Origin: a phage
Assembly: GCA_012441205.1 (NCBI GenBank)
Contig: GCA_012441205.1_4705.1
Reading direction: 5' to 3' (one strand)
Length of the DNA stretch: 64,000 nucleotides
Part shown: positions 47,068 to 56,775 of the stretch, piece after piece
How the letters are laid out: every line of letters begins with the position of its first letter
Numbering within the stretch: position 1 is the first letter of the stretch
The notes under the pieces: model-generated
What the model was told of the DNA's origin: nothing
Databases searched by the model: none
Seen by the model: only the letters and a program-made list of their open reading frames with translations
Program-made: the position numbers and the translations under genes

Positions 47068-49221
47068 TTATAACGTTTCGAAGTCGGTTGCTTTGATAAC
47101 CGCGTTGAAGTTGGCAAGGAATTCCTTAAGCAGTGCTTGGAAGACATCACGAAACGCTGTGTTCGTCTGCAAGCTGGTTAAATAATCGTTCTTAAGGTAA
47201 TCGCTCAGCTTACCGATCTTCTGCATCTTCTCGCCGTCTTGGTTCTCTCCAGGTTCTTGGCTGTTGATGTTAACCCATTTGATCCCTTCGAGATCACCAT
47301 CGGCAAGGAAGTTGGCGGGTGTCTCATCGTCGTTCAGGATTTTAATCGTATCACTGGATTCAATGCCACCGTAAGCTTCCAGAAGCTGGTTGACTGTTAG
47401 CTTATTGGTGTTGATTGAACCATTGACACCATCGATACCGATGCCTGCACCTGTGATGGATGTCGCCGAAAGATCGATCGGTCCGGTTAACTTACCACCG
47501 TTGATCGGTAACGCACCAACTTGCTCAGCGGTGTGTGTATGGTCAGCTAACGCCGCAAACGCCACGATAGACTTATATGTCGAATACGGCGTCATATACG
47601 CTGATTGGTTGGTGTTGTCAGCCGCTTCAGTATCGGTAGCGACATTAAAGTTCTGCACGTTGCTGAGACCGACCTGCACCTTCGTTACTTCATGCGGGTT
47701 GTTCTTATTGACAACGTGTGCTGCAAAACCATCACCAGCTAAAGCAGTGATTGCCGCTTTTGTCGCAGCCGGTGTCATATAGCGGTTGGTTGCTTCACCC
47801 GTTTGCGCCTCTTCGTCGGAAGCAACAGGATAGTTCTCAACGCTTCCCAAACCGACCTGAGATTTTGTTACTTGGTGTGGGTTTTCGGTATTCGCAATAT
47901 GACTACTGAACCCTTGACCCGCCAGTTGCTCGATTGCGTAACGAACAAGTATTGGTGTCATGTACTTGTTGTTAACTTGACCATCGATAGCTTCTTGGGT
48001 GGTGGCAACCCCGAAGTTTTGCACGCTCCCCAACCCAACTTGAGATTTTGTTACCCCATGGGGGTTATTGGTGTTACCGATGTGTTCGGTTACAGTTGGG
48101 GTGATTAATGCTGCGATAGCGGCTGCTGTGGTCGCAGGTGTCATGTATTTATCGTTAGCAACACCCGCAGCAGCTTCTACGTTAGATGCTAAACCGTAGT
48201 TCAATACACTACCCAACCCAACCTGAGCCTTGGTTACCCCATGGGGGTTGTTCTTGTCTCCGGTATGGGTTGTCAACGAAGCATTAACGTTATCGATACG
48301 TGTACTTAAGCCATCGGTGATTGCTTTGATTGCGGCTCGTACACCCGCTGGAGTCGTGTACAGATTTGTGGCCGTACCGGTAATAGTTGTATTACTATCG
48401 GCTACACCGTAGTTCTCAACGTTTCCGAGTCCGATCTGTGCCTTGGTCACCTTGTGTGGGTTGTTGTAGTTGCTGATGTGCGCAGCGGCACTATCACCAC
48501 TCAGGTTAGCGATCATCTTACGTGTCATCGCCAACGTCATGTACAGATTTTCACCGATGGTTTCCAGATCGCTCTCGGTCGCCGTTGTGAAGTTCTGCAC
48601 ATTCCCTAACCCAACCTGAGCCTTGGTTACCCCGTGGGGGTTATCGCGACGATTCTCGTGCTGCAACAATGCGGTCATTGCTTTATTGAACCCTTCTTCA
48701 AGCGGTTCTTTCAATGATTCGATTGCAGCTACCACATCGTCCCACGTCATTGTGTCGGTTTCGACATTATGCTGGTGGTTAATTGGCGGGAATACGGAAG
48801 GAACGTCGGCAACCTTTTCCCAGAATGTAACGCGAGGGTCGTAAAGGTTGTTGGCTAAAACGTTAAGAATTTGCTGCTGATCGAGTGTAAACTCACCCCC
48901 CAGTGAATAGTAGTTCAGTTGCAACTGTCCACTGAATGCGGTGTCCAACAGCATGATGGAACCGTATAATTCCAGGCCGGTCAGCGCAGCCATGGCACGG
49001 AAGGGGTGAGTGCATAAAAAGTCAACGCCTTCTTCCAGATACGCGTTTGTTTCAGGGTTATAGATCTTTAACCCATTACGAAAATATGGCGCGTATTTAG
49101 GAACGAGAAAGTTAAATCCGGTCCCCGTGGAAGGACGGACAGTGACGAGTTCTTCTGGAACCCATGCGCCATCCAAATTCCCCTGCGGGTTATACGGAAG
49201 GCGTTTAATTTCATCTGTCAT
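47068..49221 (-). CDS. tail fibre protein with six tandem repeats (717 aa); no S74 domain
   Basis: Repeats NPHGVTKAQVGLGNVQNF..., NNPHKVTKAQIGLGNVENY..., NNPHGVTKSQVGLGSVQNF... and others; distinct C-terminal domain. Confidence 0.75.
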   Translation of the reverse strand: MTDEIKRLPYNPQGNLDGAWVPEELVTVRPSTGTGFNFLVPKYAPYFRNGLKIYNPETNAYLEEGVDFLCTHPFRAMAALTGLELYGSIMLLDTAFSGQLQLNYYSLGGEFTLDQQQILNVLANNLYDPRVTFWEKVADVPSVFPPINHQHNVETDTMTWDDVVAAIESLKEPLEEGFNKAMTALLQHENRRDNPHGVTKAQVGLGNVQNFTTATESDLETIGENLYMTLAMTRKMIANLSGDSAAAHISNYNNPHKVTKAQIGLGNVENYGVADSNTTITGTATNLYTTPAGVRAAIKAITDGLSTRIDNVNASLTTHTGDKNNPHGVTKAQVGLGSVLNYGLASNVEAAAGVANDKYMTPATTAAAIAALITPTVTEHIGNTNNPHGVTKSQVGLGSVQNFGVATTQEAIDGQVNNKYMTPILVRYAIEQLAGQGFSSHIANTENPHQVTKSQVGLGSVENYPVASDEEAQTGEATNRYMTPAATKAAITALAGDGFAAHVVNKNNPHEVTKVQVGLSNVQNFNVATDTEAADNTNQSAYMTPYSTYKSIVAFAALADHTHTAEQVGALPINGGKLTGPIDLSATSITGAGIGIDGVNGSINTNKLTVNQLLEAYGGIESSDTIKILNDDETPANFLADGDLEGIKWVNINSQEPGENQDGEKMQKIGKLSDYLKNDYLTSLQTNTAFRDVFQALLKEFLANFNAVIKATDFETL
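47640..48660 (-). repeat. coding tandem repeat array (tail-fibre shaft repeats), second fibre
   Basis: Six approximately 120-150-bp repeat units; shares near-identical stretches with 41990-42820. Confidence 0.6.
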
Positions 49222-49252
49222 GATGCGCCCTTTACAAGTTGTTAGTAAGAGT

Positions 49253-49272
49253 GGGATACCCTGGGGTATCCT
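49253..49272. promoter_or_regulatory. palindromic operator-like site in divergent intergenic region
   Basis: GGATACCC-tg-GGGTATCC, followed by AT-rich TATAAAATA and AAGGGGG before ATG 49326. Confidence 0.35.
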
Positions 49273-49325
49273 GTGTTAACAGCGGTAAAATATTACTGTA
49301 ACTATAAAATAAGGGGGCCTCTACC

Positions 49326-50606
49326 ATGTATACATTGGTAAAAACTTACGGATTACCCGTAGGTTCTGGCACGGCCTGGACAGCACTTGAGGCGGGTGAA
49401 AGTGTCCTGAGTACGTTGTTCTCAACGTATCAAAAACTCAAGATCCAGGTTCATGAAAGCTATGCTGACCAGCAACAAGTTATTGATCTGTACGCATTTC
49501 AATCCGAGCTTCAAAATAGTAGCGATACGCTTAATGCGTGGTTGAAAGCGAAATCGGATGCGCATACCAACCTTCGCGGACAGCCCGGCGAGCTGTCGAT
49601 TAAAACCCACAAGCTCTATTGCCATGACGCTATTACAGTAGGCTTTCTTCCCAAAGTCGGTAATAGCGGCTATCATCCGAGCAACGCGATCCCTGAGTCG
49701 GAACGCACTGATATCCTGTTGACGAAAGCAAATACGAATTACGAAAATATCGGCAAACATTGTCTATTCACCGTAGGCGGTTATGTTCACCCTCATGTCT
49801 ACGGTAAAGATGTTGGCGTCTATATCCAGGGTGGGTTCAAAACAGCACAGCGCAGCCAAGAAAACGATATCGGCATGATTGATTTTAGCCGTATCGGGAG
49901 TTTGGAAATTCATGCTATCACAGAAGAGATGATTGCTGATTCCACGAAGCTCTTGCCGTATAAGGACGAGATGTACTTACGGCTACCGCGCAAGGTCGCC
50001 GAAGATGAAACCGTTGCGCTGGTGTTCGGGGGATATTTACATCTTCTTGACGATTGTTACACGATCGTTAGTGACACGACAGCGAAAATAAACTGCATTA
50101 ATATGTTTCTGTATGAAAGATACTTCCGCTCCCGCAAATACCTTGATTTAACATCCCTTGGTATTCTGCTGAACGAAGAAGACCCGCAGTCCGACATTGT
50201 TGCCAATCGTTTACTGTCCGATAAAGCATTAAAAGCTTGGGTGACGCACCCCTGCAGTTTCTGGGTGTATATCAAAGCAACATCGATTCAGGTTACGCAA
50301 GAACCTTTACCACGAAGTGGCGTACCAGGACAATATTTCTTAGGTAAGAAACCGGAAGGACTGATTCGAGCCGATCTCGGCGAGTTACCGGCTTACGTGC
50401 AGACCTATGAAAAACCGTTATGGGTACTTCACTCGCGTTGGGGACTTCGTAAGAACATGTTGTTTGAAAATACATTGTACAAACATACCCGCGTTAAGAG
50501 ACTTAACGATACGCCTTATCTTCACCAGGTTTGGTTGGAAACGCATGCGACGTTACAGACAGTACACAAGCTCGAATTGATCGATTCCAGTCAGAAAAAC
50601 AAATAA
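49326..50606 (+). CDS. hypothetical protein (426 aa), plus-strand gene inside the tail module
   Basis: ATG with AAGGGGG upstream. Confidence 0.6.
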   Translation: MYTLVKTYGLPVGSGTAWTALEAGESVLSTLFSTYQKLKIQVHESYADQQQVIDLYAFQSELQNSSDTLNAWLKAKSDAHTNLRGQPGELSIKTHKLYCHDAITVGFLPKVGNSGYHPSNAIPESERTDILLTKANTNYENIGKHCLFTVGGYVHPHVYGKDVGVYIQGGFKTAQRSQENDIGMIDFSRIGSLEIHAITEEMIADSTKLLPYKDEMYLRLPRKVAEDETVALVFGGYLHLLDDCYTIVSDTTAKINCINMFLYERYFRSRKYLDLTSLGILLNEEDPQSDIVANRLLSDKALKAWVTHPCSFWVYIKATSIQVTQEPLPRSGVPGQYFLGKKPEGLIRADLGELPAYVQTYEKPLWVLHSRWGLRKNMLFENTLYKHTRVKRLNDTPYLHQVWLETHATLQTVHKLELIDSSQKNK

Positions 50607-50609
50607 CCA

Positions 50610-50652
50610 AACATAACCCTCCTCCAACCCGTAAGGGAAGGAGGAGGGAATA
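50610..50652. repeat. GGAGG-stem palindromic hairpin element (canonical family copy)
   Basis: CATAA-CCCTCCTCC-aaCCCgtaaGGGaa-GGAGGAGGG-AATATG; between convergent genes ending at 50606 and 50658. Confidence 0.65.
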
Positions 50653-50657
50653 TGCTG

Positions 50658-51563
50658 TTATGCTACATATAACGTCAGATAACCGTCGATGAGCGTATTC
50701 ATCACACTGAGTTGAAGTACGACAGCTTTACTACCATCTGTACGTACACCGAACGGTAGTGTTTTGAATTGCTCTGGATCGGCTATTACTTGCGCATTCT
50801 GCAAGTTGAGCGGTCCAGGCATTGCTGACAATACCCAGCGATCGTTGACCATAAGGCCGTCGATCTCTTCAGAGAGACCCAATTGCAGTGCGTTCATTTC
50901 TGCGATTAGTGCCTCCGATTGCGTATCGCCTGAGGTTAGCGTATACCCATCGGTAAGCGATGCCAGAACACCAGCAGATACGAACCAGTTGTACGAAACA
51001 ATAGCGCCTGGGAGTTTACTGCTATCTCGATCGATGATATAATTCAACCCAGCCAACATATTGTTGCGAACGAGGTTGTTGAGGTCATTATGTCCTGAGG
51101 TTAACTCAACAAGTAACTGACCAACCCATACTTGGTTACCGGGTTTAGGTGTTATCATAACCTGTATCGGTGACTTGGACTTATCCAGATCCGCGTCGAC
51201 AATCTCGGTTTTGTTGAGAAGGATACCGTACGTCGATGCTAAGACAGGTAGGATCTCAGAGACCTTGGTTAATGCATCTAAGGTTTCGATCTCGATGGGC
51301 CAGCGGTGCTGTCCGCCAGACCAGGTACCCAGTTTACCAAGATCGATGCGGTTATAATAGATGTCGACAGAGTTCACCAACCCTGAACCCGGTTGGGGAT
51401 GCACGGTTAACTTGCTGTTACGCTTGTACCATGTGCTTTCAGAAGCCTCACCGATAACCAGTTTATCCAGCGTTACGCCTCGAGCATCGAAATCGCTATG
51501 CTTTCGAATCAGCAGAAAGAGGATTTCTTTCGATTCTAACCCCAGGATTTCACTGTACTCCAT
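50658..51563 (-). CDS. paralogous-family protein (301 aa)
   Basis: Motifs YYNRIDLG, LASTYGIL; similar to the 283-aa and 311-aa neighbours. Confidence 0.6.
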   Translation of the reverse strand: MEYSEILGLESKEILFLLIRKHSDFDARGVTLDKLVIGEASESTWYKRNSKLTVHPQPGSGLVNSVDIYYNRIDLGKLGTWSGGQHRWPIEIETLDALTKVSEILPVLASTYGILLNKTEIVDADLDKSKSPIQVMITPKPGNQVWVGQLLVELTSGHNDLNNLVRNNMLAGLNYIIDRDSSKLPGAIVSYNWFVSAGVLASLTDGYTLTSGDTQSEALIAEMNALQLGLSEEIDGLMVNDRWVLSAMPGPLNLQNAQVIADPEQFKTLPFGVRTDGSKAVVLQLSVMNTLIDGYLTLYVA

Positions 51564-51578
51564 TTAACACCCCTTAGG

Positions 51579-52463
51579 TTACGGTAGGATTTCTGCGCCC
51601 GTCGGGCCTGCCTTACGAGCTTCCAACGCACCAAGGTCGTATTTCAACGTCAGCGTATCGTTGGTGGTAAATAGGTTGTGATAAGTCGAAATCAGATCGG
51701 TAACCTGTGCGCCTACGATTTCGTTCATGTCGAAGGCAGAACCTTGACCATCATCAGCACGAACGATTTTGTCGCCAGCAGAGACCATCCCAATTTCAGA
51801 AATAACCGCGTACTCTTCACCACCTTCGGTGAGTTTAGCCACATTGAGGTATTCGCTGATATCCCACGGCGTCCAGACCAAAGAGACTTTACAGCTATAA
51901 TCGTAGTACTCTCCGGTTGCCACCAGAATTCCTGTTGTTGGAATATCCGGTCGGGGTGGGTTGAGGTTCTTGTCGGTTGGATGCCATTCAATAGTCTGAG
52001 CAACACCATCGATGTACTTGGTATATCGCGTGGAGCGGACAACGTTATCGAAATCGATGCGACGGCCGTAATAACAGATGTACTTTTTACCGTTTTCCAG
52101 TGTCTCAATACGACGTAACCCAAATCTAGCACGTTCGTCCGTGGTTAAATCGTTACCAACTTCACGCATCACGAAAGGTTTGATTTTCCATGGTGAAAGA
52201 TCGCTTGCTTCGTGAGCGATCGGCATCGAGGAAGGGATGCCGTTAGCGTTGCGGATGAATTCGTGACCTTGGTTGCCGATACAGAAGTAACGTACAGCAG
52301 GATTACCCTCGGGGTAAACCTTTGATTGAATCTGAAGCTTTTCGTTCAAGGTGCTGTGTTCTTCCCATGCGTGAGGAAGACCGAGCGTAAGGTTAGTTTG
52401 TACTTGACCGCCGATAATCGTACGGACGATACGATCGGTAGCACGGATTTGTGTAGAAGCCAT
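51579..52463 (-). CDS. paralogous-family-related protein (294 aa)
   Basis: Contains YYGRRIDF, but in a different position from the other members; weaker family membership. Confidence 0.5.
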   Translation of the reverse strand: MASTQIRATDRIVRTIIGGQVQTNLTLGLPHAWEEHSTLNEKLQIQSKVYPEGNPAVRYFCIGNQGHEFIRNANGIPSSMPIAHEASDLSPWKIKPFVMREVGNDLTTDERARFGLRRIETLENGKKYICYYGRRIDFDNVVRSTRYTKYIDGVAQTIEWHPTDKNLNPPRPDIPTTGILVATGEYYDYSCKVSLVWTPWDISEYLNVAKLTEGGEEYAVISEIGMVSAGDKIVRADDGQGSAFDMNEIVGAQVTDLISTYHNLFTTNDTLTLKYDLGALEARKAGPTGAEILP

Positions 52464-52479
52464 GTCTTTTCCTATTTAA

Positions 52480-53331
52480 TCAGTTATATTGCATCAACAG
52501 GATACCGCCGTAGTTCGTGCAGTAATCTTGGCTAAGCGTAACGATAACAGCGTTAGCGAACGCAGGGTTAACAGGATAACCCTGTGCGATAAGTTCTGTT
52601 GTTTTACCGGTTGCAAGCACGGTGGCTCCGTAAAGGTTGTTTTCGTCTTCACGGCCGTTATAAACCCATGGGGTTGGCGCAACGTTGTTGAATAAGCTAA
52701 CCAATGCGCTTAAGTTACCACCAACTTTTAACCCGGCGAGATCGGAACGGATAGCTGTACAGTCTATAGCGTAACTGTAGACCAATGCCTGGATACGATT
52801 TGCGGTGTAGTACGGGAAATTGAGACCGGTCATCACCGAAGTCTTCATCATCCCCGCAATATCGTGGGCACTATCGAGGAGATAGAACGTAACACTTCCC
52901 GTCCAAGCCAATCCGGTTGTTTTCAATTCTACGGTGTGAGGGAACGGATACTCATCACCTCGTACGATCGGAGAATCGACGCAGCTATCCTGATCGATAA
53001 CGATTCCGTACGTTGATTGAATCAGAGGGATAAGATCGTGCGTTGTTTTAACCCCAGCATCGATAGCAAGCTTCGGTTCCATTCCCAAGAAGAAGTCTTG
53101 GATAGGGATACGATCGTACCACACGTAGCTGCTTTCGCGGTATTGTGCTGGTGTTACTGTTGCCGAAGGGGATACCTTAGCGCGAGTGTTTCGGCTATAC
53201 GCGTGGTTTCCGTTTTCAGCAACATCCGTGATATCAATTGCATCGAAGTTAAAGTCGAAGTCAGGATTGGCTGCCTGAATAAGTTCAGCGACCAGTACTT
53301 TAGGACTTTTGTTTAACAATTTCTGACTCAT
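52480..53331 (-). CDS. paralogous-family protein (283 aa)
   Basis: Motifs WYDRIPIQ, IQSTYGIV, LAWTGSV, DYCTNYGG. Confidence 0.6.
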   Translation of the reverse strand: MSQKLLNKSPKVLVAELIQAANPDFDFNFDAIDITDVAENGNHAYSRNTRAKVSPSATVTPAQYRESSYVWYDRIPIQDFFLGMEPKLAIDAGVKTTHDLIPLIQSTYGIVIDQDSCVDSPIVRGDEYPFPHTVELKTTGLAWTGSVTFYLLDSAHDIAGMMKTSVMTGLNFPYYTANRIQALVYSYAIDCTAIRSDLAGLKVGGNLSALVSLFNNVAPTPWVYNGREDENNLYGATVLATGKTTELIAQGYPVNPAFANAVIVTLSQDYCTNYGGILLMQYN

Positions 53332-53341
53332 TGTTTATTCC

Positions 53342-54277
53342 TTAGCCTTGTTCTTCTGGAGAACGACCCTGGAGGCTTGCGGTATGTCCGTCGACGTTGT
53401 AATAGAAAATCAATGGACCGCCGACAGCAGTACAGTAGTTTTCATCCAGACTGATCTCGATACCGTATTGGTAACCTGCTCGTGCTGGAATACGTCCACC
53501 TAACTCGCCGTTGAAAGCCACTTTAGCGTTATACAGGTTATACGGTGCGATGTTGTCGTCTAATACCCAACGATCGGTAGTCATTTCAGCCAGAAGATCG
53601 GCAACCACCACATCGCTAATAACGGTACCTGTTACCAGCGAAGCCAGCAGTTCACCGTAATCAGAGGTATCACGACTGTAACTGTAAATCTCACCGCTAG
53701 CGCGTACGCCTTGACCAAAGAACTTAAGACCATCCAGCTCCTTGATCGCGATAATATCATCAAGATTCGGTACACGCGACTTCATCAAGATACGAACGCT
53801 CCCCGTCCAAGCCAGGCAGTTAGATGCGACACGAAGCAATTGTCCGTTAACAGTATCCCAGTTAAGTTCGTCGTTGACGATTTCTTCCGCGGTAAGACCA
53901 AGACCGAAACGTTCTTTGATGATAGGCCAGATATCACGCATCTTGGCGGCGTCTGGCGCATCGATAAGAATAGGCGCTACGTTACGCAGATACGCACCGA
54001 TATTGATACGATCGTAATACAGCGTCGTCGAACCTTCATAATCGTCTAACTCGGTAAGCTTAGCGGTTGCTGTCGCCGTAATCTGGGTGTCGCGCTCATA
54101 GGCGCTTTGGTTGGTGGTTGGTGTTCCTAAAACCAATAATTCAGGGGTTAGGATATGCTCTCCGTTCTGAGGTGGGTTATCGTGGTTGATAAGACCATAC
54201 ACGAGATCGGATGAGGGTAAAGAGACGTCGACCGGGTAAAGTTCGGTGTCGTCAATAGTTGTTACCGTATCACTCAC
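53342..54277 (-). CDS. paralogous-family protein (311 aa), GTG start
   Basis: Motifs YYDRINIG, LAWTGSV, NYCTAVGG; GTG 54277 with GGAGG 5 nt upstream. Confidence 0.6.
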   Translation of the reverse strand: MSDTVTTIDDTELYPVDVSLPSSDLVYGLINHDNPPQNGEHILTPELLVLGTPTTNQSAYERDTQITATATAKLTELDDYEGSTTLYYDRINIGAYLRNVAPILIDAPDAAKMRDIWPIIKERFGLGLTAEEIVNDELNWDTVNGQLLRVASNCLAWTGSVRILMKSRVPNLDDIIAIKELDGLKFFGQGVRASGEIYSYSRDTSDYGELLASLVTGTVISDVVVADLLAEMTTDRWVLDDNIAPYNLYNAKVAFNGELGGRIPARAGYQYGIEISLDENYCTAVGGPLIFYYNVDGHTASLQGRSPEEQG

Positions 54278-54336
54278 GGTGACCTCCTCGCCAGGAATTA
54301 GATAAAAAAGACTTTACGATTTGCTGCGCTATCACG

Positions 54337-56748
54337 TTAAACGTCCTCGATAGGCAAAGGTTTAACAATCAAACGATTGAGCGGATTCGATAGACGCATA
54401 CTGATAGGCTTATACGCAGCATGATTCGTCTCACTTAGAGCCACTGATCTGAAACGACCGTTCAACTGTTTGTAAATCGGTTCTATCCAGAGACCTCGAA
54501 GATCACGTTTACGGAAACGTTGTTCGAACGGTTTGATTGGGGTTACGGTTAACCCACGCAACGACTCTGATGGCAGACGCTCACGAAGGTCGCGTGGTGC
54601 CCGACCTGGGAACGGTGCAAGCCACAAACCATCGAGCGGATTTTTACGGAAACGCAACGAGACAGGATCGCTAATGACTTGTGCCCAATATTGCGTACTG
54701 AATCGAACGGTTTGGGTGTTCTCGTAACCACTACAATCACACCAGGTTGGTTTCGGAGGCGCTTCCAAACTTTCAACCGCTGATTCACGCCAGTTCGTCA
54801 TCGGGTTGTTATCATGCACGAATTTGATAACTTCCGTAGCCTGGTTATCCGTATCATGAACGTTTGCCTGTGCCCAGTCTTCCCACAGTTCTTCACTACC
54901 ACTTACTAAACTCGAACCGAGACGAACGGCGATTTTATTTAGTGGTTTGATTGGGTCACTGTTGATTGTCTGGATAAAATGGATGGTGTAACTGCTCAAT
55001 GTCTTAAGCAGCTGCAGCATTCCGTATTGAATATCCTTAAGACTGGTGACATCTTCCAAATCCTGGCCGGTGGCCTTTGTGAAGATATCGAGAGCCAGAA
55101 TACCCGCCTCTTCTTGACTGATTGCGTCAAGCTCCCAATCCATCGATAAGAACCATTCCTTGTAAAGCTGTCCAATACCGAAGTCGACACCAACATCCAT
55201 GTAGAAGTTTTCAACGATTGCTTCAGCCATGCCTCGAGCTTGATAATGTTCTTGGAGCTGATACATGAACTGATGGCGACGCCAGCCCTGGTAAATCTCG
55301 GTAACGGCGCTCAGAAACTCTTCAGTACTGACGACAGCACGCAGCGTCACTTGCTTATCCAAACACCACCAGATCAGTTTATCGGGAATGATAGCAGGAT
55401 CGGTAATGCTACGGAGATGGTCGAATGTCGGTAGCGTTAACACCCTGACGTGGTTAGCATGGATCTTAGGTACTTCAATCAGCGTCATGCCCATCGAATA
55501 GTTCAGCAAATACAAGAACAGCTTGTATGCATCTTTCATCGACATCGTCATGGTATCACCCGTCACCGGGTTGGTTGTCGTTAACCGTGACTGATACATG
55601 CCTATCGCGCTAAGATGAATCCATTCGTTCAGCAGGAAATCATACTTAGGATACAGTTCACTGTCTGTAAGGTCTTCGGCTTCACTTTCCAACACCTTGG
55701 TCGTTAAGGTATTGTTGTCATGCATCGACATCTTCTCTATCGTGCGGTTAAGCTCGGTATAATACTCCGCTTCGTTATCCCGCGCTAAAGGGAACTGTTG
55801 CTGCATCACGGTGGTGACCTTACGTCTTACCGTGCCATTACCGACGATCTCTTGAAGGTTAAGCGGTTTACGCTCCATGTAAACAGCAGGTTTTAACGTC
55901 TGGGGTATCTCGGAAGCGTCTTGTTTGATCGAGAACGCACCGATTGGAATTCCACGATCGGTTAATACCTTTTGAATGAGCTTATCGTAGTTTTCCGTTC
56001 TGCCCATGTTTCTTTCAACGTAAGCGATGTTACGATAGAACCAGAGCATTTGGGATTCGGTCATGTATCGCTTGAATCGATCGAGACCTTGATGGCTTGC
56101 CAGATAACTCCAGATATGGAAGCTATGGGCATAATGGGTATGACAGTTTTCCCAACGAATACCTTTTATCATCTCAGGTATTTGTGTGAATAGGATGGCG
56201 TATAGCGCAGGCCAATGAAGCATATCGACGCTCTCGTATGCCGGATGTTCCCAGCGTCTGAAGTAATCGTCGATTTCTTGCTGTAAACGTGGAATAAGAT
56301 TGGCCTCGCGTGACTCAACCTCTTGTGTATCGTACCAGAGAATCTCATGATTGCGTGCCGCAATTGCTTTCTCGATATCGATGGGGTTAAGGATACCCAA
56401 GATCAACATACGTTGTTCCGGGTACCGCGCAATTAAACGATTGAAATAATCTCCACCATACGCGTACTCCCTTGCCGTCATGCGATGCCGTAACATGTTT
56501 TCCTTAGTGAACTCGATCTCTTCGAGCGTATCCAGGGAATTTACGGTCATCATTGTCTGACAAGGATGATACTCGCCAGCGAGATTCATGTAGTATAACC
56601 ACGTGCGTGGGTCGTCCCCGACGGCCATCTGGTAGACTTCGGAAACCTTGAGGTTTAACCGTTCTGCCGTGATGTCGCTTTTAATAATCAGGGTGTCCGT
56701 TAGACGCTGCACGCTTTCCGAATAAAGCTGATAGTCAGTGTTGGACAC
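54337..56748 (-). CDS. hypothetical large protein (~804 aa)
   Basis: Preferred start GTG 56748 with GGAGG 7 nt upstream; track start 56817 would overlap the divergent gene. Confidence 0.55.
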   Translation of the reverse strand: MSNTDYQLYSESVQRLTDTLIIKSDITAERLNLKVSEVYQMAVGDDPRTWLYYMNLAGEYHPCQTMMTVNSLDTLEEIEFTKENMLRHRMTAREYAYGGDYFNRLIARYPEQRMLILGILNPIDIEKAIAARNHEILWYDTQEVESREANLIPRLQQEIDDYFRRWEHPAYESVDMLHWPALYAILFTQIPEMIKGIRWENCHTHYAHSFHIWSYLASHQGLDRFKRYMTESQMLWFYRNIAYVERNMGRTENYDKLIQKVLTDRGIPIGAFSIKQDASEIPQTLKPAVYMERKPLNLQEIVGNGTVRRKVTTVMQQQFPLARDNEAEYYTELNRTIEKMSMHDNNTLTTKVLESEAEDLTDSELYPKYDFLLNEWIHLSAIGMYQSRLTTTNPVTGDTMTMSMKDAYKLFLYLLNYSMGMTLIEVPKIHANHVRVLTLPTFDHLRSITDPAIIPDKLIWWCLDKQVTLRAVVSTEEFLSAVTEIYQGWRRHQFMYQLQEHYQARGMAEAIVENFYMDVGVDFGIGQLYKEWFLSMDWELDAISQEEAGILALDIFTKATGQDLEDVTSLKDIQYGMLQLLKTLSSYTIHFIQTINSDPIKPLNKIAVRLGSSLVSGSEELWEDWAQANVHDTDNQATEVIKFVHDNNPMTNWRESAVESLEAPPKPTWCDCSGYENTQTVRFSTQYWAQVISDPVSLRFRKNPLDGLWLAPFPGRAPRDLRERLPSESLRGLTVTPIKPFEQRFRKRDLRGLWIEPIYKQLNGRFRSVALSETNHAAYKPISMRLSNPLNRLIVKPLPIEDV

Positions 56749-56775
56749 GATCGGTCCTCCAAGGAGCCAGTGTAA

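Noticed and set aside
41990-48660. Possible CRISPR array suggested by regularly spaced repeats
   Set aside because: The repeats are in-frame coding repeats of tail-fibre proteins (NPH-VTKAQVGLGNV units), with no direct-repeat/spacer structure.
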